Shown here: one piece after another, positions 1-8,260 of the stretch
How positions within the stretch are numbered: the first letter of the stretch is position 1
Layout of the letters: the number at the start of each line of letters is the position of its first letter
NCBI GenBank assembly: GCA_043819135.1
Contig: JBDRFG010000050.1
Coordinates: 1-27,213, forward strand
Reading direction: 5' to 3'
DNA: 27,213 bases
Source of the DNA: Candidatus Eiseniibacteriota bacterium
GTDB lineage: Bacteria; Joyebacterota; Joyebacteria; Joyebacterales; Joyebacteraceae
The notes under the pieces: model-generated
What the model saw: only the letters and a program-made list of their open reading frames with translations
What the model was told of the DNA's origin: nothing
The model's database searches: none
Program-made: the position numbers and the translations under genes

Positions 1-1
1 G

Positions 2-958
2 CCAGACGGTCACGAGCTTGAGACTCCCGACCTTGATGCCCTCCGCCCGCGCCCTCTCGATGGCCGGGATAGCCACGCGCGATGAGATGCCGTACGAGAT
101 GACCACCACATCGGCACCCTCCACGTACTCTTCCTCGAGAATGACGATCTCGTCGGCGCGGTCGCGGATCTTTCTGACGAGGCGCCCGACGCACTCCTCC
201 TGGCACTCGGCGTTCATCACCGGGTAGCCGCGCTCATCGTGCGTGAGCCCCGTGGTGTGGAAGCGGTAGCCGTCGCCGGCCTTAACCATCCACGGAATCA
301 TATCGTCGTCGGGTTTGTACGGCAGATAGTCCTCGACGGGCCCCTTGTACCACTTCCGCGGGACGATCTCGATGTCCTCGGCCTTCGGAATGACGACCTT
401 CTCCGTCATGTGCCCGACGCACTCGTCCATCATGAGAAGGGTCGGCACGCGGCACTTCTCGGAGAGGTTGAAGCACTTGATGGTGTAGTCGAAGCACTCC
501 TGGGGCGAGCTGGGAGAGAGAGCGATGATCTCGTAGTCGCCGTGCGAGCCCCATCTGGCCTGCATCATGTCCGCCTGGGCCGGCAGCGTCGGCAGGCCCG
601 TCGAAGGTCCTCCGCGCTGCACGTTGACGAGCACAATGGGCACTTCCATCATTATGCCCAGCCCCAGGTTCTCCATCATCAGAGAGAAGCCCGGCCCCGA
701 CGTCACCGTCATCGTCTTCGCACCGGCCCACGCGCCGCCCAGGATGGCGGCCATCGACGCCAGCTCGTCCTCCATCTGCACAAAAAGTCCCCCTATGAGG
801 GGGAAGCGTGCGGCGATTCTCTCGGCGACCTCGGTCGACGGCGTAATGGGGTAGCCCGCGAAGAAACGGCACCCCGCGGCGAGCGCCCCCTCGGCGACAG
901 CGTGGTCGCCATCGAGGTAATGCTCACCTGTCAGGACCCCCCTGGGATCCGCTGTCAT
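2..958 (-). CDS. korA: 2-oxoacid:ferredoxin oxidoreductase subunit alpha (partial, runs off the left edge)
   Basis: Not in the ORF track. Manual translation from ATG at 958 gives MTADPRGVLTGEHYLDGDHAVAEGALAAGCRFFAGYPITPSTEVAE...QMEDELASMAAILGGAWAG...TSGPGFSLMMENLG...VQRGGPSTGLPT, containing the YPITP and TSGPG motifs of OFOR alpha subunits. Start overlaps the ferredoxin stop (TGATG). Substrate specificity cannot be determined. Confidence 0.93.
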   Translation of the reverse strand, partial: MTADPRGVLTGEHYLDGDHAVAEGALAAGCRFFAGYPITPSTEVAERIAARFPLIGGLFVQMEDELASMAAILGGAWAGAKTMTVTSGPGFSLMMENLGLGIMMEVPIVLVNVQRGGPSTGLPTLPAQADMMQARWGSHGDYEIIALSPSSPQECFDYTIKCFNLSEKCRVPTLLMMDECVGHMTEKVVIPKAEDIEIVPRKWYKGPVEDYLPYKPDDDMIPWMVKAGDGYRFHTTGLTHDERGYPVMNAECQEECVGRLVRKIRDRADEIVILEEEYVEGADVVVISYGISSRVAIPAIERARAEGIKVGSLKLVTVW

Positions 959-1272
959 CATTCACCGCCTCTCTCGTCGTCCTTCTCGAGACAGAAGATC
1001 GCGAACTCAGGGCAGAGCATCTCGCAGAGCCTGCAGTTGACGCAGCTCGCCTCGTCCACAACCTCGGGATAGTGATAGCCTTTGACATTGAAATCCATGG
1101 ACATCTGGAGCGTGTCACGCGGGCAGTACTCGACGCAGAACATGCAGCCCTTGCAGCGATTGACGATGATGTGAAGCTCACCGTGCGGGACCTTCACCTT
1201 GTCGGCGTCGAGCGGCTGGCGCCAGTACTTGGACTTCGTACTGTCGGGTGCGGCGGGCAGGTCCTTCGGCAT
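958..1272 (-). CDS. 2x[4Fe-4S] ferredoxin, OFOR delta subunit (KorD-like)
   Basis: Two CxxCxxCxxxCP motifs (CKGCMFCVEYCP, CVNCRLCEMLCP) and FNxKGYHYP. Start reassigned to ATG 1272 (MPKDL), which has a GGGAG RBS. Translationally coupled to the alpha subunit. Confidence 0.92.
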   Translation of the reverse strand: MPKDLPAAPDSTKSKYWRQPLDADKVKVPHGELHIIVNRCKGCMFCVEYCPRDTLQMSMDFNVKGYHYPEVVDEASCVNCRLCEMLCPEFAIFCLEKDDERGGE

Positions 1273-1391
1273 TGGCGACTCCCGGCCGTGGCTATCGTGG
1301 CTGGTTCCCAATCGTACCGCACAAAAGGAAATCAGGCAGACCGACGGCCCGACAGGCGAGCCGTCTGATGCCACCTACCCCCTATGGGCCG

Positions 1392-1420
1392 AGTTTACGG
1401 CATGTCCCTCAAAGCGTCAA
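1392..1420 (-). promoter_or_regulatory. sigma70-type promoter of the OFOR operon
   Basis: Minus strand TTGACG-N17-TAAACT, about 120 nt upstream of the ferredoxin start. Confidence 0.6.
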
Positions 1421-1788
1421 GGAATGGTCGCTTCGCTATCGCTCACGGGCGGCAGACTGGCAGACGGCGTGGGTCTCCGACCCCAAGCAGACCACCAGCA
1501 CCCGCTCGATGCTTCCGTTGCGTGCGAGGAACGAGTCCATTTCTCCGAGCGCTATTCGGCATGCCCTGGTAATGGGAAAACGACAGCCTCCCGTGCCTCC
1601 ACGGCACCGCTGGCGATACTAGCACGGCCCCCCCCCGGAATCGCTCCTCGGTCACCCACGTCAAGCGATCTTCGGGGCAATTCGACTAAACACAGGAGGC
1701 CCCGGAGGAGTCATACGATGTGTAAGCGCGGCGCGTGTGCTAACGAGCGACACAGCCGTTGTGACGTCTGCAGGAAGGAGGGAGACTC

Positions 1789-2541
1789 TTGAACTCAGTC
1801 GGAACGAGAACAGCTGTGCTGGCGGCGGCAGCCGCGTTACTGCTGTCGATAACCAGCTGCGTGTGTGTTGGAGAACGCGTGGAGCTTGTGGACCTTCGTA
1901 CGGAGGAACACACGGTGGACCTGGGCGACGCGGAGAGCGTCGTCATCGACGTCGAGATCGGGGTCGGCAAGCTGATCGTCAAGAGCGGCTCGGCGGCTCT
2001 ACTTGACGCGGAGTTCACGTACAACGTCGACGAGTGGAAGCCGGCGGTCGACTATAGCGTTGCGGGTGGGAAGGGTCGGCTCTCCATCACACAACCGGAC
2101 GCGGCGGGCAAGAGTTCTCCGAAAGGCGCCCGCAACGAGTGGGTGCTCACGTTCAGCGATGACGTCCCGCTTGAGCTCAGCATAGACATGGGCGTCGGCG
2201 AGGCCAGGATGGAACTCGGTAACCTGATGCTCTCCGACCTCTCGGTAGACCACGGCGTGGGAGACCTCAAGATCGATCTGGCAGGCAGACACGTGGGCGA
2301 CCTGAACGCCTCCATCGATGGCGGAGTAGGCAAGATCGCACTCGTGGTTCCGTCTTCGGTCGGCGTCCGCGTCGAGGCCGACACGGGCATCGGTTCGTTC
2401 CGCACGCATGGTCTTACGAAGCGCGGGGACGTGCTGGTCAATGACGCCTACGGCGAGACGGAGTCGACCATCAGGCTGTCCGTGGACGCCGGTATCGGAG
2501 AGATTACGGTGGAGACATCGGACGGCACGACGAACATGTAG
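1789..2541 (+). CDS. Toast-rack family (Toast_rack_N/DUF2154, LiaF-like) lipoprotein
   Basis: TTG start with AGGAGGGAG RBS, lipobox-like LLLSITSC, FTYNVDEWKP motif, and repeated (I/M/H/G)G(V/I)G beta-strand units. Confidence 0.75.
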   Translation: MNSVGTRTAVLAAAAALLLSITSCVCVGERVELVDLRTEEHTVDLGDAESVVIDVEIGVGKLIVKSGSAALLDAEFTYNVDEWKPAVDYSVAGGKGRLSITQPDAAGKSSPKGARNEWVLTFSDDVPLELSIDMGVGEARMELGNLMLSDLSVDHGVGDLKIDLAGRHVGDLNASIDGGVGKIALVVPSSVGVRVEADTGIGSFRTHGLTKRGDVLVNDAYGETESTIRLSVDAGIGEITVETSDGTTNM

Positions 2542-2607
2542 ACACGTCAGCGGCCGGGCCTCAGCTGTCCGGCCTCCGGACCTCGCCAGCCTCCTCCCCC
2601 TGGCACC

Positions 2608-2650
2608 GCGCCTCCGGGTACCCTCACGGGACCCGGAGGTGCTCTTTTTC
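2608..2650 (+). terminator. Intrinsic terminator after the lipoprotein gene
   Basis: GCGCCTCCGGGT...ACCCGGAGGTGC stem followed by TCTTTTT. Confidence 0.8.
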
Positions 2651-2656
2651 GCCGTC

Positions 2657-2704
2657 GGAACTCCGCGACTCGCAGGAGAAGCCATCAAGGGAACTCCGCG
2701 ACTC
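2657..2704. repeat. 15-bp direct repeat GGAACTCCGCGACTC x2
   Basis: Exact copies at 2657-2671 and 2690-2704. A third core CTCCGCG lies at 2725-2731. Confidence 0.85.
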
Positions 2705-2717
2705 CTCGAGAGAACGA

Positions 2718-2746
2718 TTGACAGCTCCGCGTTTCTATCGTATTCA
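2718..2746 (+). promoter_or_regulatory. Candidate sigma70 promoter of the Rrf2 gene
   Basis: Perfect TTGACA at 2718-2723, 17-bp spacer, and a weak -10 (TATTCA). Confidence 0.45.
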
Positions 2747-2816
2747 GGTATCGTAATGCGCTCATCATGGTACTGCCCTCCATTGATAACCTGCTCTGCA
2801 AGCGGAGGTCTTTGAA

Positions 2817-3233
2817 GTGACCGGTCTTGTAAGGACTTCAGAAGCTGCCACTCTGGCCATTCACGCGGCCGCCATCATGGCGAGCAGTCCGGGACCACCG
2901 GTCACCGCCGCCGCCATGGCCGACGGTCTCTCAGCCTCGGAGGCGCACCTGGCCAAGGTCCTCCAGCGATTGGCGAAGGCAGGACTCGTCGCGGGCACCA
3001 GAGGACCGGGTGGTGGATTCCAGCTGACCAGATCCCCGAAGCGGATCTCGTTACGCGAGGTGTACGAGGCGATCGAAGGGCGACTTCAGGTCGAGCGTTG
3101 CATGCTCGGCTCTCCCGTATGCAACAAGAGCGACTGCCCGCTGGGAAGCCTGTTCGCGCGGCTGAGTGACGACGCGATGAAGACCCTGGGTAGTACGACG
3201 CTCGCCGATGTGGAGCTACCTCTGAAGGAATGA
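2817..3233 (+). CDS. Rrf2 family transcriptional regulator, probably Fe-S binding
   Basis: wHTH with HLAKVLQRLAKAGLV-GTRGPGGGFQL and ISLREVYEAIEG, three C-terminal Cys (RCMLGSPVCNKSDCP), and a GGAGGT RBS before GTG. Confidence 0.93.
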   Translation: MTGLVRTSEAATLAIHAAAIMASSPGPPVTAAAMADGLSASEAHLAKVLQRLAKAGLVAGTRGPGGGFQLTRSPKRISLREVYEAIEGRLQVERCMLGSPVCNKSDCPLGSLFARLSDDAMKTLGSTTLADVELPLKE

Positions 3234-3425
3234 CCGGACGCGCGTGAATCGACCCGTAGGCTTCGGCAGCCGGCGTCGCGGTGTCGGAACGCGGAATAGA
3301 TTTGTGGCCGGGGGCGGTGTGTGCAGGTATTGGCAAGGGCTTCACCCCGGTGAGAGAAGTTCCTTCAGCCGCTCCCGGTCGGGCATCCCGCGAGGCGGAA
3401 CCCGAACCACGACCTGGGAAGACAA

Positions 3426-3457
3426 CAGGGCCGCCTTCCAGATGGGAGGCGGCCCTG
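3426..3457 (-). terminator. Terminator hairpin downstream of the small peptide gene (possibly bidirectional)
   Basis: 14-bp stem CAGGGCCGCCTTCC/GGGAGGCGGCCCTG with one non-Watson-Crick pair. Followed by TTGTCTT on the minus strand. Confidence 0.7.
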
Positions 3458-3503
3458 CCGTACCACTGCGGTCAGCCGTCTGTGGAACGCTGTCCGGGGC
3501 TGA

Positions 3504-3659
3504 CTAGTATCCGTGCCAGCCGCCGGCGGCCCACCTCAGCAGCCTGAAGAACCAGTCGAGCATCGTCTCGCCGTCGCCCGGAGTTGCGGCGAGGGAGACA
3601 ACCGGAGACGTGAGGACGACGAGGAGTGCGAGGTTCGTCCTAACCAGAACTCTCTTCAC
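3504..3659 (-). CDS. Small secreted Trp-rich peptide, 51 aa (absent from the ORF track)
   Basis: GTG 3659 to TAG 3504 encodes MKRVLVRTNLALLVVLTSPVVSLAATPGDGETMLDWFFRLLRWAAGGWHGY. Strong GAGGAGGT RBS, signal-peptide-like N-terminus, 20-nt overlap with the end of the upstream gene, and a downstream terminator. Confidence 0.75.
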   Translation of the reverse strand: MKRVLVRTNLALLVVLTSPVVSLAATPGDGETMLDWFFRLLRWAAGGWHGY

Positions 3660-4215
3660 TGTGCCCACCTCCTCTCAGGTCGAAAGAGTCCGGAACCCAG
3701 CTTCCGTATCCAGCCGGTAGTGAGTTCTCGGGGAATCTGACGGCCGCCAGGTAGCCGCCACTTCTTGCCCTTGCGTACCGAGTCGAATCCGGCGTCAGCA
3801 CGACCCTCTGCTCGTTGGTACTGAACACCTTCATTTCACGCGGGCTGTCAGTCAGCAGGACCTCGGTGCTCTCGATCTCGTGACCACCGTACCTGAAAAT
3901 GAAACTGGTGCTCTCATCGAGCACCAGTCGTCCGCCTTCTTCTATGTAGATGACGCAGATTATGTAGTCGTCGGGATTAGTTCGCACCCTGGTATGAAGC
4001 TTGAACCCTCCGGCCGCCTCAAGACGCAGCACCTCCCTCCCAGCGTGCGTCTCGGCCAAGGCCGAGGGCCACGTCTCCTCCTCAATCGCGATCTTGTGCT
4101 TGAAGCTGGCGCTGACGCCGGGGCGAACGTCGCCGGTGATGGATGGCTCGCGCCCGGCCTGTGCGCAGACCGCGGTCATCAGAAGGAGCATCGCTATGAG
4201 TGCGTGCGGTTTCAA
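3640..4215 (-). CDS. Secreted hypothetical protein, 191 aa
   Basis: Signal peptide MKPHALIAMLLLMTAVCAQA and a globular, beta-rich composition. GGGGGAGG lies immediately upstream of the TTG start. No family recognised. Confidence 0.75.
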   Translation of the reverse strand: MKPHALIAMLLLMTAVCAQAGREPSITGDVRPGVSASFKHKIAIEEETWPSALAETHAGREVLRLEAAGGFKLHTRVRTNPDDYIICVIYIEEGGRLVLDESTSFIFRYGGHEIESTEVLLTDSPREMKVFSTNEQRVVLTPDSTRYARARSGGYLAAVRFPENSLPAGYGSWVPDSFDLRGGGHSEESSG

Positions 4216-4270
4216 ACCTCCCCCGGGTTCGTGTGTGAACCGCGCCTCATGTCATTCACTCATGCACCAA

Positions 4271-4287
4271 TGCATTCGCCATGCCAA
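4271..4287 (-). promoter_or_regulatory. sigma54 (-24/-12) promoter
   Basis: Minus strand TTGGCATGGCGAATGCA has exact GG-N10-GC spacing and lies about 55 nt upstream of the 4215 start. Confidence 0.6.
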
Positions 4288-4618
4288 CGAGTGTCTGAGT
4301 ACGCGGCGCCCGGGGTCTAACCTCGTGCGGAGAGAGTGATTGAGCGGTGTGGATTCTTGAGGGATCGGTTGCAGTGGTATCAGGAGTGTCAACCCGGTGG
4401 ACGATGTGACTCGCAGTTCAGGTTGTTCTGGCAAGCGCGCCCTGCGGGGGCGTCGCCGGTAGCCTCATACAAGAACTCCAGGCGACCGTCCTTCCGCCGT
4501 CGCCCATCTGGCACAGGTTGTTGCAGGGGGACCCCTGGTGCCACGCTGTGGCGAGAAACGGCCTCTCACAGGCCGGGTCTCATCACTCAGCACTTGGGCA
4601 CGGGCTGTCTCTGACGCC

Positions 4619-5839
4619 CTACTCGTACCGAAGCGCGTCGATAGGATTCAGCATCGCGGCCTTCCGTGCCGGGTAGTAGCCGAAGAAAACGCCAACGGCG
4701 CCTGCGAACCCGAACGCCATAAGCACTATGTCGAGCCTGACTATGGTGGTCATCCCGACCACGCGATTCAGGATCGTCGCAAGCGTATACGCGAGGATCA
4801 CCCCGATCGTCCCGCCGAACAGACTGAGCACAACCGACTCGGTGAGGAACTGCGCCATCACGTCGCTGCTTCTCGCCCCTACCGCCAGCCTGATACCGAT
4901 CTCGCGCGTCCGCTCCGTCACCGAGACCAGCATGATGTTCATGATCCCGATGCCGCCGACGAGCAACGACACGGCGGCGACTCCGCCAAGGAACAGCGTC
5001 ATCACGCGCTGCGTCTCCGTCGCCGTCTCCATCAGCTCCGCCTGGTTCCGGACGCGGAAGTCGTCCTCTTCCTGAGGTTCAAGCTTGTGGGAAGCTCTGA
5101 GAGCGGCCGTCATCTCTTCTATGGCGGGCTCGGTGTCCTCCGACCGCGCCACGCTTGAGTAGATGCGGTCGATGTGATCACCACCCGCCAGACGGTAGAG
5201 GACGGTGGTGCTTGGGGCAAGTATGATGTCGTCGTAGTCCGACCCGTACGGGCTCTGCCCGCGCGACTCGAGAACGCCTATGACCTTGAACGGGGTGTTC
5301 CGGATCCGGATCCTCTCCCCCACTGGGTCACTGTCCGGGAAGAGGTTGTCGACGACGGTCTTGCCAAGGACCGCGACCTTGCTCTTGGCGCGAACGTCCC
5401 TCTCCGAGAAAAATTCTCCGGACTCCAATTCCCAGCCACGGATCTCAGGATACGACGGATCGACCCCCTCGACGGACGTGCTCCAGTTGCCGACTCCGCC
5501 GATGACCTGGCCCCCGGACCGCACGACCGGCGAGATGGCATTGAGCAGCGTGGTACCTTCGCGGAGCGCCTTCACATCGTCGAGCGTCAGTCTGGGCCGA
5601 GACTCGGAACCCTGGCTGACCCCGTGCACCTGTCCCCAGGCCGGGAAAACCATGATCATGTTTGCGCCCAGAGACTGTATCTGCGCCTCAACGTCGGCCT
5701 GAGCGCCCGCGCCCAGACCGACCATGACGATTACCGAGCCCACACCGATGATAACGCCCAACGAGGTGAGGACGCTCCTCATCCTGTTCTTGAGGATGCT
5801 CCTCATCGCCACTCTCAGAAGCCTGCGCGCCCTCTTCAT
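4619..5839 (-). CDS. MacB/FtsX-family ABC transporter permease
   Basis: RSVLTSLGVIIGV TM1, large periplasmic domain, GGIGIMNIMLVSVTERTREIGIRLAVGA, and PARKAAMLNPIDALRYE. Confidence 0.96.
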   Translation of the reverse strand: MKRARRLLRVAMRSILKNRMRSVLTSLGVIIGVGSVIVMVGLGAGAQADVEAQIQSLGANMIMVFPAWGQVHGVSQGSESRPRLTLDDVKALREGTTLLNAISPVVRSGGQVIGGVGNWSTSVEGVDPSYPEIRGWELESGEFFSERDVRAKSKVAVLGKTVVDNLFPDSDPVGERIRIRNTPFKVIGVLESRGQSPYGSDYDDIILAPSTTVLYRLAGGDHIDRIYSSVARSEDTEPAIEEMTAALRASHKLEPQEEDDFRVRNQAELMETATETQRVMTLFLGGVAAVSLLVGGIGIMNIMLVSVTERTREIGIRLAVGARSSDVMAQFLTESVVLSLFGGTIGVILAYTLATILNRVVGMTTIVRLDIVLMAFGFAGAVGVFFGYYPARKAAMLNPIDALRYE

Positions 5840-6621
5840 TCTCCTCCGCCCCCTCCCTGCTCCCGAGCGTCCTCGTCAAGCGTGTCATGCACAACTGGCA
5901 TCCTCGCCAGATCGTCCGTCGCCTTTCCTCGGTCCTTCACCGGGCGATCGCTGATGATGCGCCCGTCCCGGAGCACGACCACTCTTTTCGTGTAGGCGGC
6001 GATGTCCGGCTCGTGGGTAACCAGGAGAATCGTGATACCCTGGTCGTTCAGCTCCTGGAAGACCGTCATCACGTCCACGGATGTTCGGCTGTCGAGGTTG
6101 CCGGTGGGTTCGTCCGCAAGAATGATGGCGGGCTCGTTGACCAACGCACGGGCGATGGACACGCGCTGTTGCTCTCCGCCGGAGAGTTCACTGGGTTCGT
6201 GGTCGATGCGGTCGCCCAAACCCACGCGCTCGAGCGCGCGCATCGCGTTGCCCCTCGAGTCCTCGATGCGCCCGGAGTGATCGTAGAAGAGGGGAAGCTC
6301 GACGTTGTCCACGGCGGAGGTTCGTGGCAGCAGGTTGTAGCCCTGGAACACGAAACCGATGCGCTGGTTCCTGATCTCGGCATACTGGTCACGGCTGAGC
6401 TTGCTCACATCGGCTCCGTCAAGGAAGTAGTCGCCGGCCGTGGCCGAATCGAGACATCCCATGACGTTCATGAGCGTCGACTTGCCGGAGCCCGACGCGC
6501 CCATGATGGAAACGAACTCGCCGCTCTCCACCGTGAGATCCACGCCGCGGAGTGCACGAACGAGGACCTCGCCCATGCGATACTCCTTGGTGATGCCTCT
6601 GGTCTCGATGACGGGTCTCAT
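5836..6621 (-). CDS. MacB/LolD-type ABC transporter ATP-binding protein
   Basis: Walker A GASGSGKST, signature LSGGEQQRV, Walker B ILADEPTGNLD, and VTHE. Start reassigned to ATG 6621 (MRPVIE). Confidence 0.96.
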   Translation of the reverse strand: MRPVIETRGITKEYRMGEVLVRALRGVDLTVESGEFVSIMGASGSGKSTLMNVMGCLDSATAGDYFLDGADVSKLSRDQYAEIRNQRIGFVFQGYNLLPRTSAVDNVELPLFYDHSGRIEDSRGNAMRALERVGLGDRIDHEPSELSGGEQQRVSIARALVNEPAIILADEPTGNLDSRTSVDVMTVFQELNDQGITILLVTHEPDIAAYTKRVVVLRDGRIISDRPVKDRGKATDDLARMPVVHDTLDEDAREQGGGGGE

Positions 6622-6628
6622 GTTCGCG

Positions 6629-7951
6629 CTAGCCCCGCCTTCTGCCGAACGGACTGGTGGCGAGCGGGTTGGATGGGCCGTTGTCCTCTTCGGGCTCGTT
6701 GACGCTCGTGATGACCTGCATCCCCTCTTCAATGTCGCGGCCTCGGACAACCTCAGTCATGCGCCCGTCGCTCACACCCTTCGTGACCCTCGCGACGGAA
6801 AGCCTGCCCTTGTCGTCGAGGTACCAGAGCATCGCGCTCGTTTCGTCGGAGTTGCCGCCGCCGTGAGACATCCCGTCCATGCCGCCGCCAGGACCGCCGC
6901 CACCCGGCGCGCCCCCACCTGGGCCACCTCCCGACGCGCCGCCACGACGCGCCGTCCGATCCTCCATGGCCTGACGGAGGGAATCCGGCATTTCGGCGAT
7001 TCGCTCGTCCATGGCCTCGCGCATCTCGGCGAACATCCTCGGAGTGGCCCGAAATCCCAGTGCCGCGTTGGAAACCATGAGCACGTCGTCGCGCTCGTCG
7101 ATCAGGAAGTCGGTAGTCGCGGTCATACCCGGATAGAGCAGCCCCTGGTCATTCGGCGCGTCAACGACGACCGTATACATCACGACGTTCTGAACGGTCT
7201 GCGGCTGGAGCCAGACCTGGCGGACGACGCCCTCGAACACCTCGTCAATGTAGGCCTCGACCGTGAAGCGAACGCTCTGTCCCTCCCGTATCGCCCCGAT
7301 GTCACTCTCGTCTACGAGTGCGTGTATCTCCATCTCGGAAAGGCCGTCCGCGATCACGAACAGCGTAGGCGTGGAGAAGCTGGCCGCGACCGTCTGGCCG
7401 GGCTCGATGTTCCTCATGATCACTGTGCCGTTGATCGGCGAGCGGATCACCGCGTACTTCAGATTGGCGCGGGCTCGGTCGTGCGATGCCTCGGCAGAGA
7501 GCACACCGGCGCGGGCCGTCTCCATGGCCGTCCGCGTGTCGGAGAATTGCGCGTCGCTGATGAGGTCGTTCTCGCTAAGTTCTTTCTCCCGCTCGAAGTC
7601 GCGGACTGCCTGGTCGTGGAGGGCGCGCGCCCTGATGAGCCCTGCCCTTGCGTCACGCACGGAAGCCGAGAGCATCGTCGTATCCAGAACGGCCAGTACC
7701 TGGCCAGCTCTGACGGGCTCGTTGTAGTCAGCGAGTATGCGGGCTATCGTGCCGGAGACCTGCGTGCCAACGTCCACCGTCCCGACCGCGCTCAGAGTCC
7801 CTGAACTGGAGACGATGTTCTCGATGTCTCCGCGCTCTACCTCGGCGAACTCGTAGAGCCCCGACTGCTCGGGTCCGTCCCTGCCGACGAGCTGCCACAC
7901 AACGACTGCGGCCACGATGACCAGCACAGCAATGACTATGAACTTCTTCAT
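6629..7951 (-). CDS. MacA-like efflux periplasmic adaptor (membrane fusion protein)
   Basis: N-terminal anchor, VDVGTQVSGTI, IRSPINGTVI, GQTVAASFSTPTLF, VDESDIG, and a Gly-rich insert. Start reassigned to ATG 7951 (MKKFIV). Confidence 0.95.
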   Translation of the reverse strand: MKKFIVIAVLVIVAAVVVWQLVGRDGPEQSGLYEFAEVERGDIENIVSSSGTLSAVGTVDVGTQVSGTIARILADYNEPVRAGQVLAVLDTTMLSASVRDARAGLIRARALHDQAVRDFEREKELSENDLISDAQFSDTRTAMETARAGVLSAEASHDRARANLKYAVIRSPINGTVIMRNIEPGQTVAASFSTPTLFVIADGLSEMEIHALVDESDIGAIREGQSVRFTVEAYIDEVFEGVVRQVWLQPQTVQNVVMYTVVVDAPNDQGLLYPGMTATTDFLIDERDDVLMVSNAALGFRATPRMFAEMREAMDERIAEMPDSLRQAMEDRTARRGGASGGGPGGGAPGGGGPGGGMDGMSHGGGNSDETSAMLWYLDDKGRLSVARVTKGVSDGRMTEVVRGRDIEEGMQVITSVNEPEEDNGPSNPLATSPFGRRRG

Positions 7952-8189
7952 GTTCGACTTGACCTTTCCTTCTTCTCCACTCGGGCAAGCTCCGCGAATG
8001 CCGCTCCGCAAGAGCAAGGAATCGAATCGCTCAGTTCTATAAGACTACGCCACCGGGGCGACGTTATCAAACAAGTCGTGTGTCCGTCTTCCATTTCGAT
8101 CTCTCGTTTCGGGCTCGAAGGCTTTTTGAGGTGCGCAGTTTTTTCGCACCGGCGAGAGCGGGCATGCAACGAGCGCGGGCGTACAAGAA

Positions 8190-8216
8190 GAGGCCCCCGG
8201 GATTCCCGGGGGCCTC
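8190..8216 (-). terminator. Intrinsic terminator
   Basis: Perfect inverted repeat GAGGCCCCCGGGA-T-TCCCGGGGGCCTC followed by TTCTTGT on the minus strand, about 45 nt after the 8261 stop. Confidence 0.8.
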
Positions 8217-8260
8217 CGTCTGCCTCCTGGTCGGTCCGGTACTGAGGTCCGGACGCAGGG

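Noticed and set aside
282..872. 196-aa minus-strand ORF in the track
   Set aside because: Wrong frame. The real gene is the overlapping OFOR alpha frame starting at 958.
2657..2704. Possible mini-CRISPR
   Set aside because: Only two 15-bp repeats with an 18-bp spacer and no cas genes.
3240..3460. Possible SRP or 6S RNA
   Set aside because: No SRP domain IV motif (CAGG...GGAA...AGCAG) and no long rod with a central bubble.
4509..4525. sigma54-like TGGCAC...TTGCA on the + strand
   Set aside because: GG-to-GC spacing is 11 rather than 10, and it points only at the antisense strand of the permease gene.
6855..6945. Gly-rich low-complexity repeat in the adaptor gene
   Set aside because: A common disordered insert in MacA-like proteins, not a separate repeat element.
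8130..8150. GGTGCG-N9-CGCACC dyad upstream of the ABC exporter operon
   Set aside because: Six-bp GC-rich arms are expected by chance, and there is no second copy or associated regulator.
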